Of a stretch of DNA of 64,000 bases, positions 31,220 to 39,477 are shown one piece after another. The position numbers and the translations under genes are program-made. The stretch comes from Halobacteriovoraceae bacterium (GTDB lineage: Bacteria > Bdellovibrionota > Bacteriovoracia > Bacteriovoracales > Bacteriovoracaceae). Position 1 is the first letter of the stretch. Each line of letters begins with the position of its first letter. The stretch is taken from contig CAVRCF010000002.1 in assembly GCA_963719505.1 (NCBI GenBank), positions 352,001 through 416,000 on the forward strand, written 5' to 3'. The notes under the pieces were generated by a model that did no database searches, was not told the DNA's origin, and saw only the letters and a program-made list of their open reading frames with translations.

Positions 31220-32419
31220 TTACTTTTCACTGGGCTCGTAGCGATTTTCAACACTTGGCCTCACCCTTAGGCTTGCTAGAAAGGGGACTTGAAAAGTTAG
31301 GCTCAGTCTGTCTCGATGATCTATTTGTTTTAGGGCCAGATCCCAGGGTGATGTAAAATCAATGGCTCTAGATGTTTTAATTCCCTTTCTAAAATGAAGT
31401 TCAAAGCTACTCTCTAGTTCTAAGCTGGCCAAGAAGATATCAAATTCGGTCCCAACTGATAGACCAAATCGAACCTCATTGAGCTTAAATAAACCCCTGT
31501 TTTGTTCTGCACGGTCTGCTGTTTTAAGAATGCTTAAAAATGGGATCGTTAACGAACTCATATTGAGTTTTTTAAGAATATCAGCTTTACGTGTCTTCGT
31601 ATATTCTACTAAAAAACCCGAGCCTGCAGATAAGGAGGCAAATTTGATATCTCCGCTGATATTTAGATCAAAAGAGGCTCTTAGACGATAGAGGTTATAG
31701 CCGGTTTCCCTTTTAATTTCATTTTCATCGACTTTGGAAATCTTTTTAAATAGTTTATCTACAAGCTCACTTTGTCTCGAGGATTCCTTCTCCTTTGAAG
31801 GTGTAATTTTAAATCTAAACCTAATTCTTTTGTCGTAGCCCACTTTTAAAAAATCTAATATTCCAAGATCAAAAGAGAAATAATAGTTTCTCCAAAAGCT
31901 ATTTATCTGCCACCCATTGGGCGGGGTGATGGAGCTCATTGTTTTAGCAAAAGTACTTATTTTTTTGGCATCTTTGTGGAGAGTTTTTAAAATTTTTCTT
32001 CTCACTGACGGTTTTATTGAATTCCAATCAACTTGAGATTTCAACTGCTCGACCAGATCCAATTTAAGTTTCTGTTGTTCATCCTGAGTTACGGATAGGG
32101 TTTTCATGGTCTTCGGAGTATCTGTTTCTTTTCTCCAAATGAACTCAACTGATTTTGAAAATCCAGTTGAGAAAATGCCAATGCCACCTTGGCCACTTAT
32201 TCCAATAGAGGCATCAATCCGTTCAAGGTTGTCGTATTTTCTATTTGCCTTGTCGATAATCCCCTCGTAAGCCTTAATGATAGACTCGATTTTCTCAGGG
32301 GCATAGACTTGAGAATCCTCTTTTAATAAGGTCTTTTTTCCAATCCAAGATAAAGGAATATCTTGGGCGTGAAGACAAAAAGAAAAGGCGAGGAGACTTA
32401 AAATGAAGAGATTTTTCAT
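31220..32419 (-). CDS. Secreted hypothetical protein
   Basis: Signal peptide and amphipathic beta-strand-like segments. Confidence 0.7.
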   Translation of the reverse strand: MKNLFILSLLAFSFCLHAQDIPLSWIGKKTLLKEDSQVYAPEKIESIIKAYEGIIDKANRKYDNLERIDASIGISGQGGIGIFSTGFSKSVEFIWRKETDTPKTMKTLSVTQDEQQKLKLDLVEQLKSQVDWNSIKPSVRRKILKTLHKDAKKISTFAKTMSSITPPNGWQINSFWRNYYFSFDLGILDFLKVGYDKRIRFRFKITPSKEKESSRQSELVDKLFKKISKVDENEIKRETGYNLYRLRASFDLNISGDIKFASLSAGSGFLVEYTKTRKADILKKLNMSSLTIPFLSILKTADRAEQNRGLFKLNEVRFGLSVGTEFDIFLASLELESSFELHFRKGIKTSRAIDFTSPWDLALKQIDHRDRLSLTFQVPFLASLRVRPSVENRYEPSEK

Positions 32420-32697
32420 TTGTCATTCTCCGGATAAAAACGAAATTCTATCGCAGTTTCAATGCCTTTATTCCAGCTCCAAAGTCCCGCTTTGGTATCA
32501 ATACTTAAACCAATGATCCTTTGAGAAAGGGAGAGTGAATTTTTAAGGGTGCTTTTTTGTCCAATGGATTCATCGAGTGAGTGAAGAATAAGGTTTTCAA
32601 AGTCCTGGCTTTCCACCTGTGTTTTAGGACCAATATAAAGGGTCTGCGCATGGAGCGCACTCGTCATGAGAAAAAAGGCGATAATAGACTTTTTCAT
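32416..32697 (-). CDS. Small secreted hypothetical protein
   Basis: Signal peptide MKKSIIAFFLMTSALHA. Overlaps the next start. Confidence 0.7.
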   Translation of the reverse strand: MKKSIIAFFLMTSALHAQTLYIGPKTQVESQDFENLILHSLDESIGQKSTLKNSLSLSQRIIGLSIDTKAGLWSWNKGIETAIEFRFYPENDK

Positions 32698-32813
32698 GGG
32701 GAAATTTTATAGCTTTCATGATCCAAATCAATCAATTAAGAATAAAATGTAATTTTTTCAGATTAAATTCTGCTTAATTTGTCTGTGAACACAATCTTTA
32801 AATTTTTAAAAGC

Positions 32814-33755
32814 TTAAACGAGCTCTTCAACCTCTTTGAAATACTTAAATGTTGTACCGATGTTTGAGGCTATTTTAATATGTTCTTGGGAGTCCATTTT
32901 AGTGGTCCACCAAGACTTTCTTATGAGAATTTGATCAACAAGGTTTGGGTGGAGTTTAGATATTTCCAAATAAATTTCAGGATCTCTTTGGCCTTCATCA
33001 CCGATGAGAATCAATTGACCTTTGTTAACGAGCTTCGAGATCTCTATAAGGTAGTCAAACTTTTGATGATGAGACTTTTTTGACTTTTGTTTGTCTCTTG
33101 TATTTTGAAGAAGGATTGGTCCGTTTGGAAAATCAAATTCAAGAATAAAATCTTTAATCATAGGATAGAGATCCCATGTCGAGCTTGAGACGTATATGAT
33201 TTTATTTCCTGCTCTTTCTAAATTCTGATAAAATTCACTCGCTCCTTCAAAGGAGCTTCTTTTTTTTAAAGGTCTAAATAGAGTTCTCAGTATTAACTTG
33301 GTAAGATTGGTCGCTTGAGATTTTAAAATAGTATCATCGAGATCACTCACAACAAGTTTCGAATCTCGACTCAGAAAATCAATAGGTATGTCTTTGTAGT
33401 TCTCATGCCCTTTTATTTTAAATTTTAAAACTTTTGATTGGGTTTCTACTTGTAGAGTCTTTTCAATAAATCCTCTTTTTGATGTTTTAAGAATGTGTTT
33501 TCTTCCATCAATGAGAAGCTCTACCTCTGTTCTTTTCGAACTTCTCGACAAAAAGAGTCGAATAACTTTGAGGATATGGGATGGATGTGAATCCTTTTTA
33601 GAGAATTTGATATCGGAATTTGATCTTACGATTCTAAGCCTCAAAAAAAGATTTTCACCATTGCTAATACAGGCGTATGTAAGAACCCTTTTAGGTTCTT
33701 TTCCTTTGAAGATAGACAAAGTCTCTCTTAAAAAATGGAGTGCATGATTAAGCAT
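32814..33755 (-). CDS. App1/DUF2183-like phosphatidate phosphatase (HAD-like)
   Basis: VSDLDDTI, YVSSS, FPNGPI and IGDEGQRDPEIY. Confidence 0.82.
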   Translation of the reverse strand: MLNHALHFLRETLSIFKGKEPKRVLTYACISNGENLFLRLRIVRSNSDIKFSKKDSHPSHILKVIRLFLSRSSKRTEVELLIDGRKHILKTSKRGFIEKTLQVETQSKVLKFKIKGHENYKDIPIDFLSRDSKLVVSDLDDTILKSQATNLTKLILRTLFRPLKKRSSFEGASEFYQNLERAGNKIIYVSSSTWDLYPMIKDFILEFDFPNGPILLQNTRDKQKSKKSHHQKFDYLIEISKLVNKGQLILIGDEGQRDPEIYLEISKLHPNLVDQILIRKSWWTTKMDSQEHIKIASNIGTTFKYFKEVEELV

Positions 33756-34014
33756 TTTTACCTCTTTGTTGATTTGTCTTTTCTATCTTAACAAATACAG
33801 AGAGATATACCTTGTATTGATTTGCATCAGATGTGTATTTTTTTTCAATAAATACAATATATTTCTATGACGAGGTGCAAGCTATGAAAGTTGACTTTTC
33901 TACTGTCTTTTCTCTTCAAAGAAACAATAAGTTGTAGTGTTTTGTGTTGAATTATTCACAGTACCTTCATGGATTTATGAGATAAAAGGTAAATACCTCC
34001 CGTATTATTATTAC

Positions 34015-34140
34015 AAGAGGAAGAGATCACATCTCTAAACCAGTCTAAGGACTAAACGGCCCGCCTCAAGTAGCTAAAAAATTTTAGCTACATTATCTAA
34101 AAAAAGTATTTATCAATACATTCTAGAATCTCTTCCTCTT
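34015..34140. ncRNA. Candidate structured ncRNA, copy 1
   Basis: 13-bp closing IR AAGAGGAAGAGAT/ATCTCTTCCTCTT. Internal hairpins AGTC-TAAG-GACT, GTAGCTAAAA-AA-TTTTAGCTAC and GTATT-TATC-AATAC. Confidence 0.55.
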
Positions 34141-34301
34141 AAGCTTTTTAAAGTTTAAATCTATCGCGCTAGTAGGTGAGTCTTTAGGTCGATTTTGAAT
34201 AAATTTGGTTTCAATGACTTGTATATTTTTGTGTTTAATATTGCACAGAACCTTCATGGATTTATGAGATAAATTGTAAGCACCTCACGTACTATTATTA
34301 C

Positions 34302-34427
34302 AAGAGGAAGAGATCACATCTCTAAACCAGTCTAAGGACTAAATGCCCCACCTCAAGTAGCTAAAAAATTTTAGCTACATTATCTAAAAAAAGTATTTAT
34401 CAATACATTCTAGAATCTCTTCCTCTT
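34302..34427. ncRNA. Candidate structured ncRNA, copy 2
   Basis: Same stems as copy 1, all preserved. Confidence 0.55.
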
Positions 34428-34433
34428 AAGCTT

Positions 34434-34889
34434 TTACCAAGAGCCAATATTTTCCATGCTCTGCCATGGCTCGCATATTTTAAGAGAATCACCTTTTTGA
34501 AGCAGTTCTATAGAGATACCATCAGGAGATTTGATAAAGGCCATGTGTCCATCTCTTGGAGGTCTATTGAGAATAACACCTTGATCCATCAGGTTCTTGC
34601 AAAATTCATAAATATTATCTACTCTGTAGGCAAGATGACCAAAGTTTCTTCCACCTTGATAGTCCTCAGTGTCACCATTTTCATCAGGCCAGTTATAGGT
34701 TAGCTCGAGAAGGGGAGATTTACTTGTTTGAGCTTTTTCAAAATTTTCATCATCTGACAGAAAGATCAATGTAAAACGTCCTCTTTCATTCTCTGATCGA
34801 CTGACTTCTTTGAGGCCAAGCTTATCACAGTAAAAGTCCAAACTTTTTGTTAGGTTTTTAATTCTTATCATCGTGTGAAGATATTGCAT
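34434..34889 (-). CDS. gloA: Lactoylglutathione lyase (glyoxalase I, VOC)
   Basis: YLHTMIR, LELTYNW, FGHLA and AFIKSPDGISIELLQ. Confidence 0.9.
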   Translation of the reverse strand: MQYLHTMIRIKNLTKSLDFYCDKLGLKEVSRSENERGRFTLIFLSDDENFEKAQTSKSPLLELTYNWPDENGDTEDYQGGRNFGHLAYRVDNIYEFCKNLMDQGVILNRPPRDGHMAFIKSPDGISIELLQKGDSLKICEPWQSMENIGSW

Positions 34890-34897
34890 GAGAACTC

Positions 34898-35626
34898 CTA
34901 TAAGTTTTTATATAAAATAAAGGATCCCATAATAATAAGAAAAATAGCAAATATCTTTTTTAATTTTGCTTGTGGAACTTTTGTATTAAGGATGGCACCT
35001 AGGAAAATACCAATAGTTGAGCAGATTGAAAAAAGGATCATGAGCTTCCAAGGTATATCGACTCTGCCAAGATAGGATAGGAAGCCAAAAATAGAATTAA
35101 AGCTAATAATGAAAAGTGATGTTCCCACAGCTTTTCTCATATCTATTCCGGTAAAGAACATAAGTGCCGGAACGATTAAGAACCCCCCCCCAACGCCGAT
35201 AATTCCTGTCATGACTCCAACAAAAATGCCCGATACTGAGATGAGTGGGTAGTTGAGACCTCTGGGGTGGTCATCTATTTCAGCTCTTCCTCGAAACATA
35301 AATACTGCGGCAATTATCATAATGGCAGAAAAAATGAGAAGTTGTATCTGACCGGTTAAAAATTGACTTAGATAAGATCCAAGATAGGTTCCAGGTACGG
35401 CGAACCCTCCAAAGATAAAAGCAATTTTAAAACTTATGTTTTTATTTTTAAAGTGACCGTACATGCCCATTAAAGCTGTCCAACCAACAATCGCTAAGCT
35501 CATTGCAACGGAGACTTTAGGGTCTACATTAAAGATGTAGACAAGAATGGGGACGGTGAGAATAGATCCACCTCCACCAAGAAGGCCCATTGCCAAACCA
35601 GCAAATAAAGCTAAAGCATATCCCAT
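34898..35626 (-). CDS. TauE/SafE family sulfite exporter
   Basis: GLLGGGGSILTVP, GIIGVGGGFLIVP and AVGTSL. Confidence 0.9.
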   Translation of the reverse strand: MGYALALFAGLAMGLLGGGGSILTVPILVYIFNVDPKVSVAMSLAIVGWTALMGMYGHFKNKNISFKIAFIFGGFAVPGTYLGSYLSQFLTGQIQLLIFSAIMIIAAVFMFRGRAEIDDHPRGLNYPLISVSGIFVGVMTGIIGVGGGFLIVPALMFFTGIDMRKAVGTSLFIISFNSIFGFLSYLGRVDIPWKLMILFSICSTIGIFLGAILNTKVPQAKLKKIFAIFLIIMGSFILYKNL

Positions 35627-35675
35627 AATCTTATTCCTTTTCTTTCTATACTAGCTTTTAACCAGCGGCATGTAA

Positions 35676-35689
35676 TTGATAGAGATCAA
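35676..35689 (-). promoter_or_regulatory. FNR/CRP-type box upstream of the tauE-family gene
   Basis: TTGAT-AGAG-ATCAA is a perfect FNR consensus, centred about 41-42 bp upstream of the start expected from the -10-like TAGTAT (35648-35653, minus strand). Confidence 0.75.
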
Positions 35690-36294
35690 TGACCAAAGTT
35701 TTTTAAGTCTTCTTCACTCAAAATATCTATGGATCTTCCATTCTTCTCAATAATCTTGGCTTTTTCTAGTTTTGATATAACTCTTGCCACTGACTCTGGG
35801 GTTGTCGATGCGAAATCAGCGATGTCTTTACCTTTCCATTTAATTTCGGGATCTTTAATTTTCAAAAAAAGTAAGGCTTCGGCCACTCTCTTAGTTACTG
35901 TTTTATCCTGGACTGATGCTAAACGAATTTCAGTTTGCGCCAAGTCCCTTGCCAAGGTTTTCATAATCGTTTTTAAAATTTCTGGGCTTTCAGAGCAAAG
36001 TTGATCACATGCCTCTTTTGAAATGACTTTCACTTTTATATCTGTGAGAGCAAAAGCTGTAGCGTGATGGGGCTCTTGTGCAAAAAAAGAGCGATGACCC
36101 ATATGATCATTTTCTTTGAAGATTCTGAGAAATGTGCTCTTTCCATTTTCTGTATTATAAGAGAGTCCAACAACACCATCAAGGAGATAGTAGACATGGT
36201 CTGGAGCATCACCCTCATGGTAAACAAAAGCGCCTTTAGTTAATACTTTTACTGGAAGAGATGTATCTAACTTGACGATATTACTTAGACTCAA
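35686..36294 (-). CDS. Crp/Fnr family transcriptional regulator
   Basis: cNMP-like domain (VYHEGD) and HTH IADFASTTPESVARVI. TTG start. Confidence 0.88.
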   Translation of the reverse strand: MSLSNIVKLDTSLPVKVLTKGAFVYHEGDAPDHVYYLLDGVVGLSYNTENGKSTFLRIFKENDHMGHRSFFAQEPHHATAFALTDIKVKVISKEACDQLCSESPEILKTIMKTLARDLAQTEIRLASVQDKTVTKRVAEALLFLKIKDPEIKWKGKDIADFASTTPESVARVISKLEKAKIIEKNGRSIDILSEEDLKNFGH

Positions 36295-36314
36295 GTGTTA
36301 ATCCTTTTACAAAA

Positions 36315-36328
36315 TTGATAGAGAACAA
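36315..36328 (+). promoter_or_regulatory. FNR/CRP-type box upstream of the persulfide dioxygenase operon
   Basis: TTGAT-AGAG-AACAA matches the 35676 box at 13 of 14 positions. A -10-like TATGAT at 36351-36356 gives class II spacing. Confidence 0.7.
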
Positions 36329-36387
36329 TGTTTTAAATTTGATATTAATATATGATACTGAATGAAAGGACTATTAGGAAATATATT

Positions 36388-37266
36388 ATGACTTTAAAAG
36401 TACAACATTTTTTCGACGAAAAGACTAAAACATTAAGTTATATCGTTTATGATGAAAAGACGTCAGACTGCGTCCTTATTGATCCCGTTTTAGATTATGA
36501 TCAAGCCTCCTCAAAGATTTCAAATGAATCAATAAAGGCGGTTAAAAGTTTTATAGCAAAGAAGTCTCTAAAGGTGCATTATATTTTAGAGACTCATGCT
36601 CATGCGGATCACCTCTCAGGAGCTCAGGAATTATTAGAATCTTTTGATCATGCAAAGCTTGTGATTGGAAAAAACATCACAAAGGTTCAAGAAGTTTTTT
36701 CTAAAATATACAATTTAAAAAACCTAAACCTCAAAGGTGAACAGTTCGATATCTTAGTCGATGAAGACTCTGTTTTGAAAGCCGGAAGCTTTGAGATTAA
36801 TGTCATCGAAACTCCTGGGCATACGCCAGCTTGCGTCTCTTATCATATAGAAAACCATCTCTTCACAGGAGATGCTCTTTTTATGCCTGACTATGGAACG
36901 GGAAGGTGTGACTTTCCAGCAGGAAGTGCAAAAGACCTTTACCATTCAATACACGAAAAGCTTTATAAACTACCAGATGAAACACAGTTCTACACCTGTC
37001 ACGATTATCAACCCAACGGAAGACAGATGATATACACATCTTCAATCGGTGAGAGTAAAGCTCGTAATATTCAGTTGAAAGACTCTACAACACGTAGTGA
37101 GTACATAGAGTTCAGAGAGAAAAGAGATGCCACTTTGAGCGCACCAACTCTTTTACTTCCAAGTATACAAATAAATATTGATGGAGGCCGTCTTCCCAAA
37201 GAAGAAGACAACGGCACCTCTTATATAAAAATACCTTTAAACAGAGAGGACGAATATGAACGGTGA
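36388..37266 (+). CDS. Persulfide dioxygenase (ETHE1/Blh-like metallo-beta-lactamase fold)
   Basis: ETHAHADHLSG, TPGHTPAC, GDALFMPDYGTGRCDFP and CHDY. Confidence 0.88.
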   Translation: MTLKVQHFFDEKTKTLSYIVYDEKTSDCVLIDPVLDYDQASSKISNESIKAVKSFIAKKSLKVHYILETHAHADHLSGAQELLESFDHAKLVIGKNITKVQEVFSKIYNLKNLNLKGEQFDILVDEDSVLKAGSFEINVIETPGHTPACVSYHIENHLFTGDALFMPDYGTGRCDFPAGSAKDLYHSIHEKLYKLPDETQFYTCHDYQPNGRQMIYTSSIGESKARNIQLKDSTTRSEYIEFREKRDATLSAPTLLLPSIQINIDGGRLPKEEDNGTSYIKIPLNREDEYER

Positions 37267-37675
37267 AATATTATTTCCTCTTATTGGAGGCATTTTAATT
37301 GGGTTGGCAGCTAGCCTTGTTCTTGTCGGTTTAGGAAAAATCACAGGTATAAGTGGTATTTTAGCATCAGCCGTTTTTAATCCAACTCTTAAAGAAAATG
37401 TCTGGAAGATTGTTTTTGTCTGTGGCTTGATTCTTGGTGGACTTTTAATGAGAAGGTTTTATCCCGAACTTTTTAACTATTCCATTTCAACCAATATTCC
37501 TCTTGTTATTGCGGCAGGTTTGTTGGTTGGATTCGGCACCAGGCTTGGAAGTGGATGCACCTCTGGGCACGGGGTTTGCGGTTTACCAAGACTGTCAAAA
37601 AGATCCTTAGTCGCGACCCTCACTTTCATGGGGAGCGGAATTATAACTGTTCTGATTAAAGGAGCTCTTTCATGA
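37256..37675 (+). CDS. YeeE/YedE family sulfur-transport membrane protein (PmpA-like)
   Basis: GISGI and GSGCTSGHGVCG..R.S.RS. Confidence 0.88.
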   Translation: MNGEILFPLIGGILIGLAASLVLVGLGKITGISGILASAVFNPTLKENVWKIVFVCGLILGGLLMRRFYPELFNYSISTNIPLVIAAGLLVGFGTRLGSGCTSGHGVCGLPRLSKRSLVATLTFMGSGIITVLIKGALS

Positions 37676-38073
37676 AAAATGTTCTGAGTTTATTTGCAGG
37701 GATGATATTTGCCATAGGTCTTGTCGTATCAGGAATGACAAATCCCGCAAGAGTCATCGGTTTTTTAGATATTTTTGGGCAGTGGGATTATTCCTTGGCC
37801 TTTGTCATGGGTGGAGCTGTTGTTGTTAACTTGGTTCTTTTTCGATGGATTTTAAAAAGAGATCCCATTTTTAATGGTAAACATGATCTTCCGACAAATA
37901 AGCTTATCGATAAAAAACTAATTATTGGATCAACTTTATTTGGTGTCGGTTGGGGACTTGTTGGAATTTGTCCAGGTCCAAGTATCGTTAATCTCGTCAC
38001 TGGAAACGTCAGCGCAATCATCTTTTTTCTCGCAATGATTGCTGGTTTTTTCTTAGAAAAAAAGCTTAATTAA
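37672..38073 (+). CDS. YeeE/YedE (DUF6691, PmpB-like) membrane protein
   Basis: GM.NPARV.GFLD..G.WD.SL and FGVGWGL.GICPGP. Confidence 0.88.
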   Translation: MKNVLSLFAGMIFAIGLVVSGMTNPARVIGFLDIFGQWDYSLAFVMGGAVVVNLVLFRWILKRDPIFNGKHDLPTNKLIDKKLIIGSTLFGVGWGLVGICPGPSIVNLVTGNVSAIIFFLAMIAGFFLEKKLN

Positions 38074-39439
38074 ATTCGCCATTTTTCAATTTATCAAAAT
38101 ATCGTTTCGTTTGAACTTTAAGCTTAGGCAGTAAAAGCCAAATAGCAATGATATTTGGAAACACCATCATCCCGGTCATAATGTCCGAGAAGTCGAGAAC
38201 TGCTTGAACTTTCCATACTGATCCCAGAAAAGCCACGATACAAAAGACAACTTTATAGGGGACGATACCTTTTTCTCCTGTCAGATAGTGAATCGCTGTC
38301 TCACCGTAATAAGACCAACTTATCAATGTAGAAAAAGCAAATAATGTTGCAGCAACTGGAATAAAGAAATGTCCAAAACCATCTATTACTGTGTCAAAAG
38401 CTAGTGCTGTTAAGGGGACACCAACTAAGTCTGAGCTTTCCCACACGCCTGTTGTGAGAATAACTAAAGCTGTAAGAGTACAGATTGTAACGGTATCGAT
38501 AAAAGGTCCAAGGAGAGCGACAACACCCTCTCTAACTGGCTCTGTCGTTGATGCGGCAGAGTGTGCAATCGCCGCAGATCCCAAGCCCGCTTCATTCGAG
38601 AAGCATGCTCTTTTTACTCCTTGAAGGATGGCCATGTGCATCGTTGCAACAAGTCCTCCCGAGAGTCCTGTATTAGAAAAAGCACTTGTAATAATTAGAG
38701 AGATGAGACCAGGGATTTTTTCATAGTGAAAAGAGATGACAATAATGCATCCAATAATATAAGTGACGGCCATCACAGGAACAAGAAGACTGGTGACTTT
38801 GGCAATTCTGTTAATTCCACCAATAATTACAATACCACCTAGAATCATAATCGTTAGACCCGTCACTAGGTGTGGGACGCCAAAGCTTTGATTGAGGATG
38901 ACCGCTGACTGATTTGTTTGAAACATATTGGCAATTCCAAAACTTCCGATAGCGATTGAAAGAGCGTAGAACTTTGCCATTGGCTTGAACTTTTTTCCAA
39001 GTCCCAGTTCCATATAGTACATTGGTCCACCACGAACAACGCCATTTGGCTCAATTTTTCTAAAGAGAATGGCGAGTGTGGATTCAGCATATTTTGTGGC
39101 CATCCCAATAACTCCAGCGACAATCATCCAAAATACAGCCCCAGGACCACCATACTTTATAATGATGGCAACGATTCCAATATTTCCTAGACCTATAGTG
39201 GCAGAAAGAGCGGTCATAAGTGCTTGAAAATGAGAAATCTGTCCTGGGTCATCATCTTTATCAAATTTTCCACGAATAACTTGAATCCCGTGGAGAAAGG
39301 CTTTTCTTTGAATACCTCCATAAATACCGCCAAGAATAACGGATAGAAGGAGTCCTGATAAAATTAAAACAATAATTGTAGGAAGTCCCCAAACATAGCT
39401 AACTGTAAGGGCCAAAAAGTTTTCGATAGAAGTCATCAT
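38066..39439 (-). CDS. Alanine/glycine:cation symporter (AGCS family)
   Basis: IGLGNI, GGPGAVFWM, GGPMYY and FSNEAGLGS. Confidence 0.92.
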   Translation of the reverse strand: MMTSIENFLALTVSYVWGLPTIIVLILSGLLLSVILGGIYGGIQRKAFLHGIQVIRGKFDKDDDPGQISHFQALMTALSATIGLGNIGIVAIIIKYGGPGAVFWMIVAGVIGMATKYAESTLAILFRKIEPNGVVRGGPMYYMELGLGKKFKPMAKFYALSIAIGSFGIANMFQTNQSAVILNQSFGVPHLVTGLTIMILGGIVIIGGINRIAKVTSLLVPVMAVTYIIGCIIVISFHYEKIPGLISLIITSAFSNTGLSGGLVATMHMAILQGVKRACFSNEAGLGSAAIAHSAASTTEPVREGVVALLGPFIDTVTICTLTALVILTTGVWESSDLVGVPLTALAFDTVIDGFGHFFIPVAATLFAFSTLISWSYYGETAIHYLTGEKGIVPYKVVFCIVAFLGSVWKVQAVLDFSDIMTGMMVFPNIIAIWLLLPKLKVQTKRYFDKLKNGEFN

Positions 39440-39477
39440 AACTAATAGTGACGCAATAAATTTACATTGTAAAATAG

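Larger units (their letters stand above)
33932..34435. repeat. Two direct copies of a 217-bp non-coding unit (33932-34148 and 34219-34435; period 287 bp)
   Basis: 34006-34148 versus 34293-34435 differ at only three positions (34057, 34059, 34063). The upstream parts are more diverged but collinear. Confidence 0.95.

Noticed and set aside
31186-31220. XerCD dif-site targeting by the IS1202 elements
   Set aside because: The flanks do not resemble the 11-6-11 dif consensus (no TTATGTTAAAT arm), and the duplications are long rather than 5-6 bp.
34123-34257. 44-codon minus-strand ORF (MKVLCNIKH...) spanning the inter-repeat spacer
   Set aside because: The equivalent start in copy 1 stops after four codons, and there is no properly spaced RBS.
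33932-34435. Retron, CRISPR array, type III antitoxin or c-di-GMP riboswitch call for the duplicated unit
   Set aside because: No RT, Cas or toxin gene lies in the window. There are only two long copies with no repeat-spacer pattern, and the GEMM core (GGCAAAC...GAAA...GACGCAAAGC) is absent.
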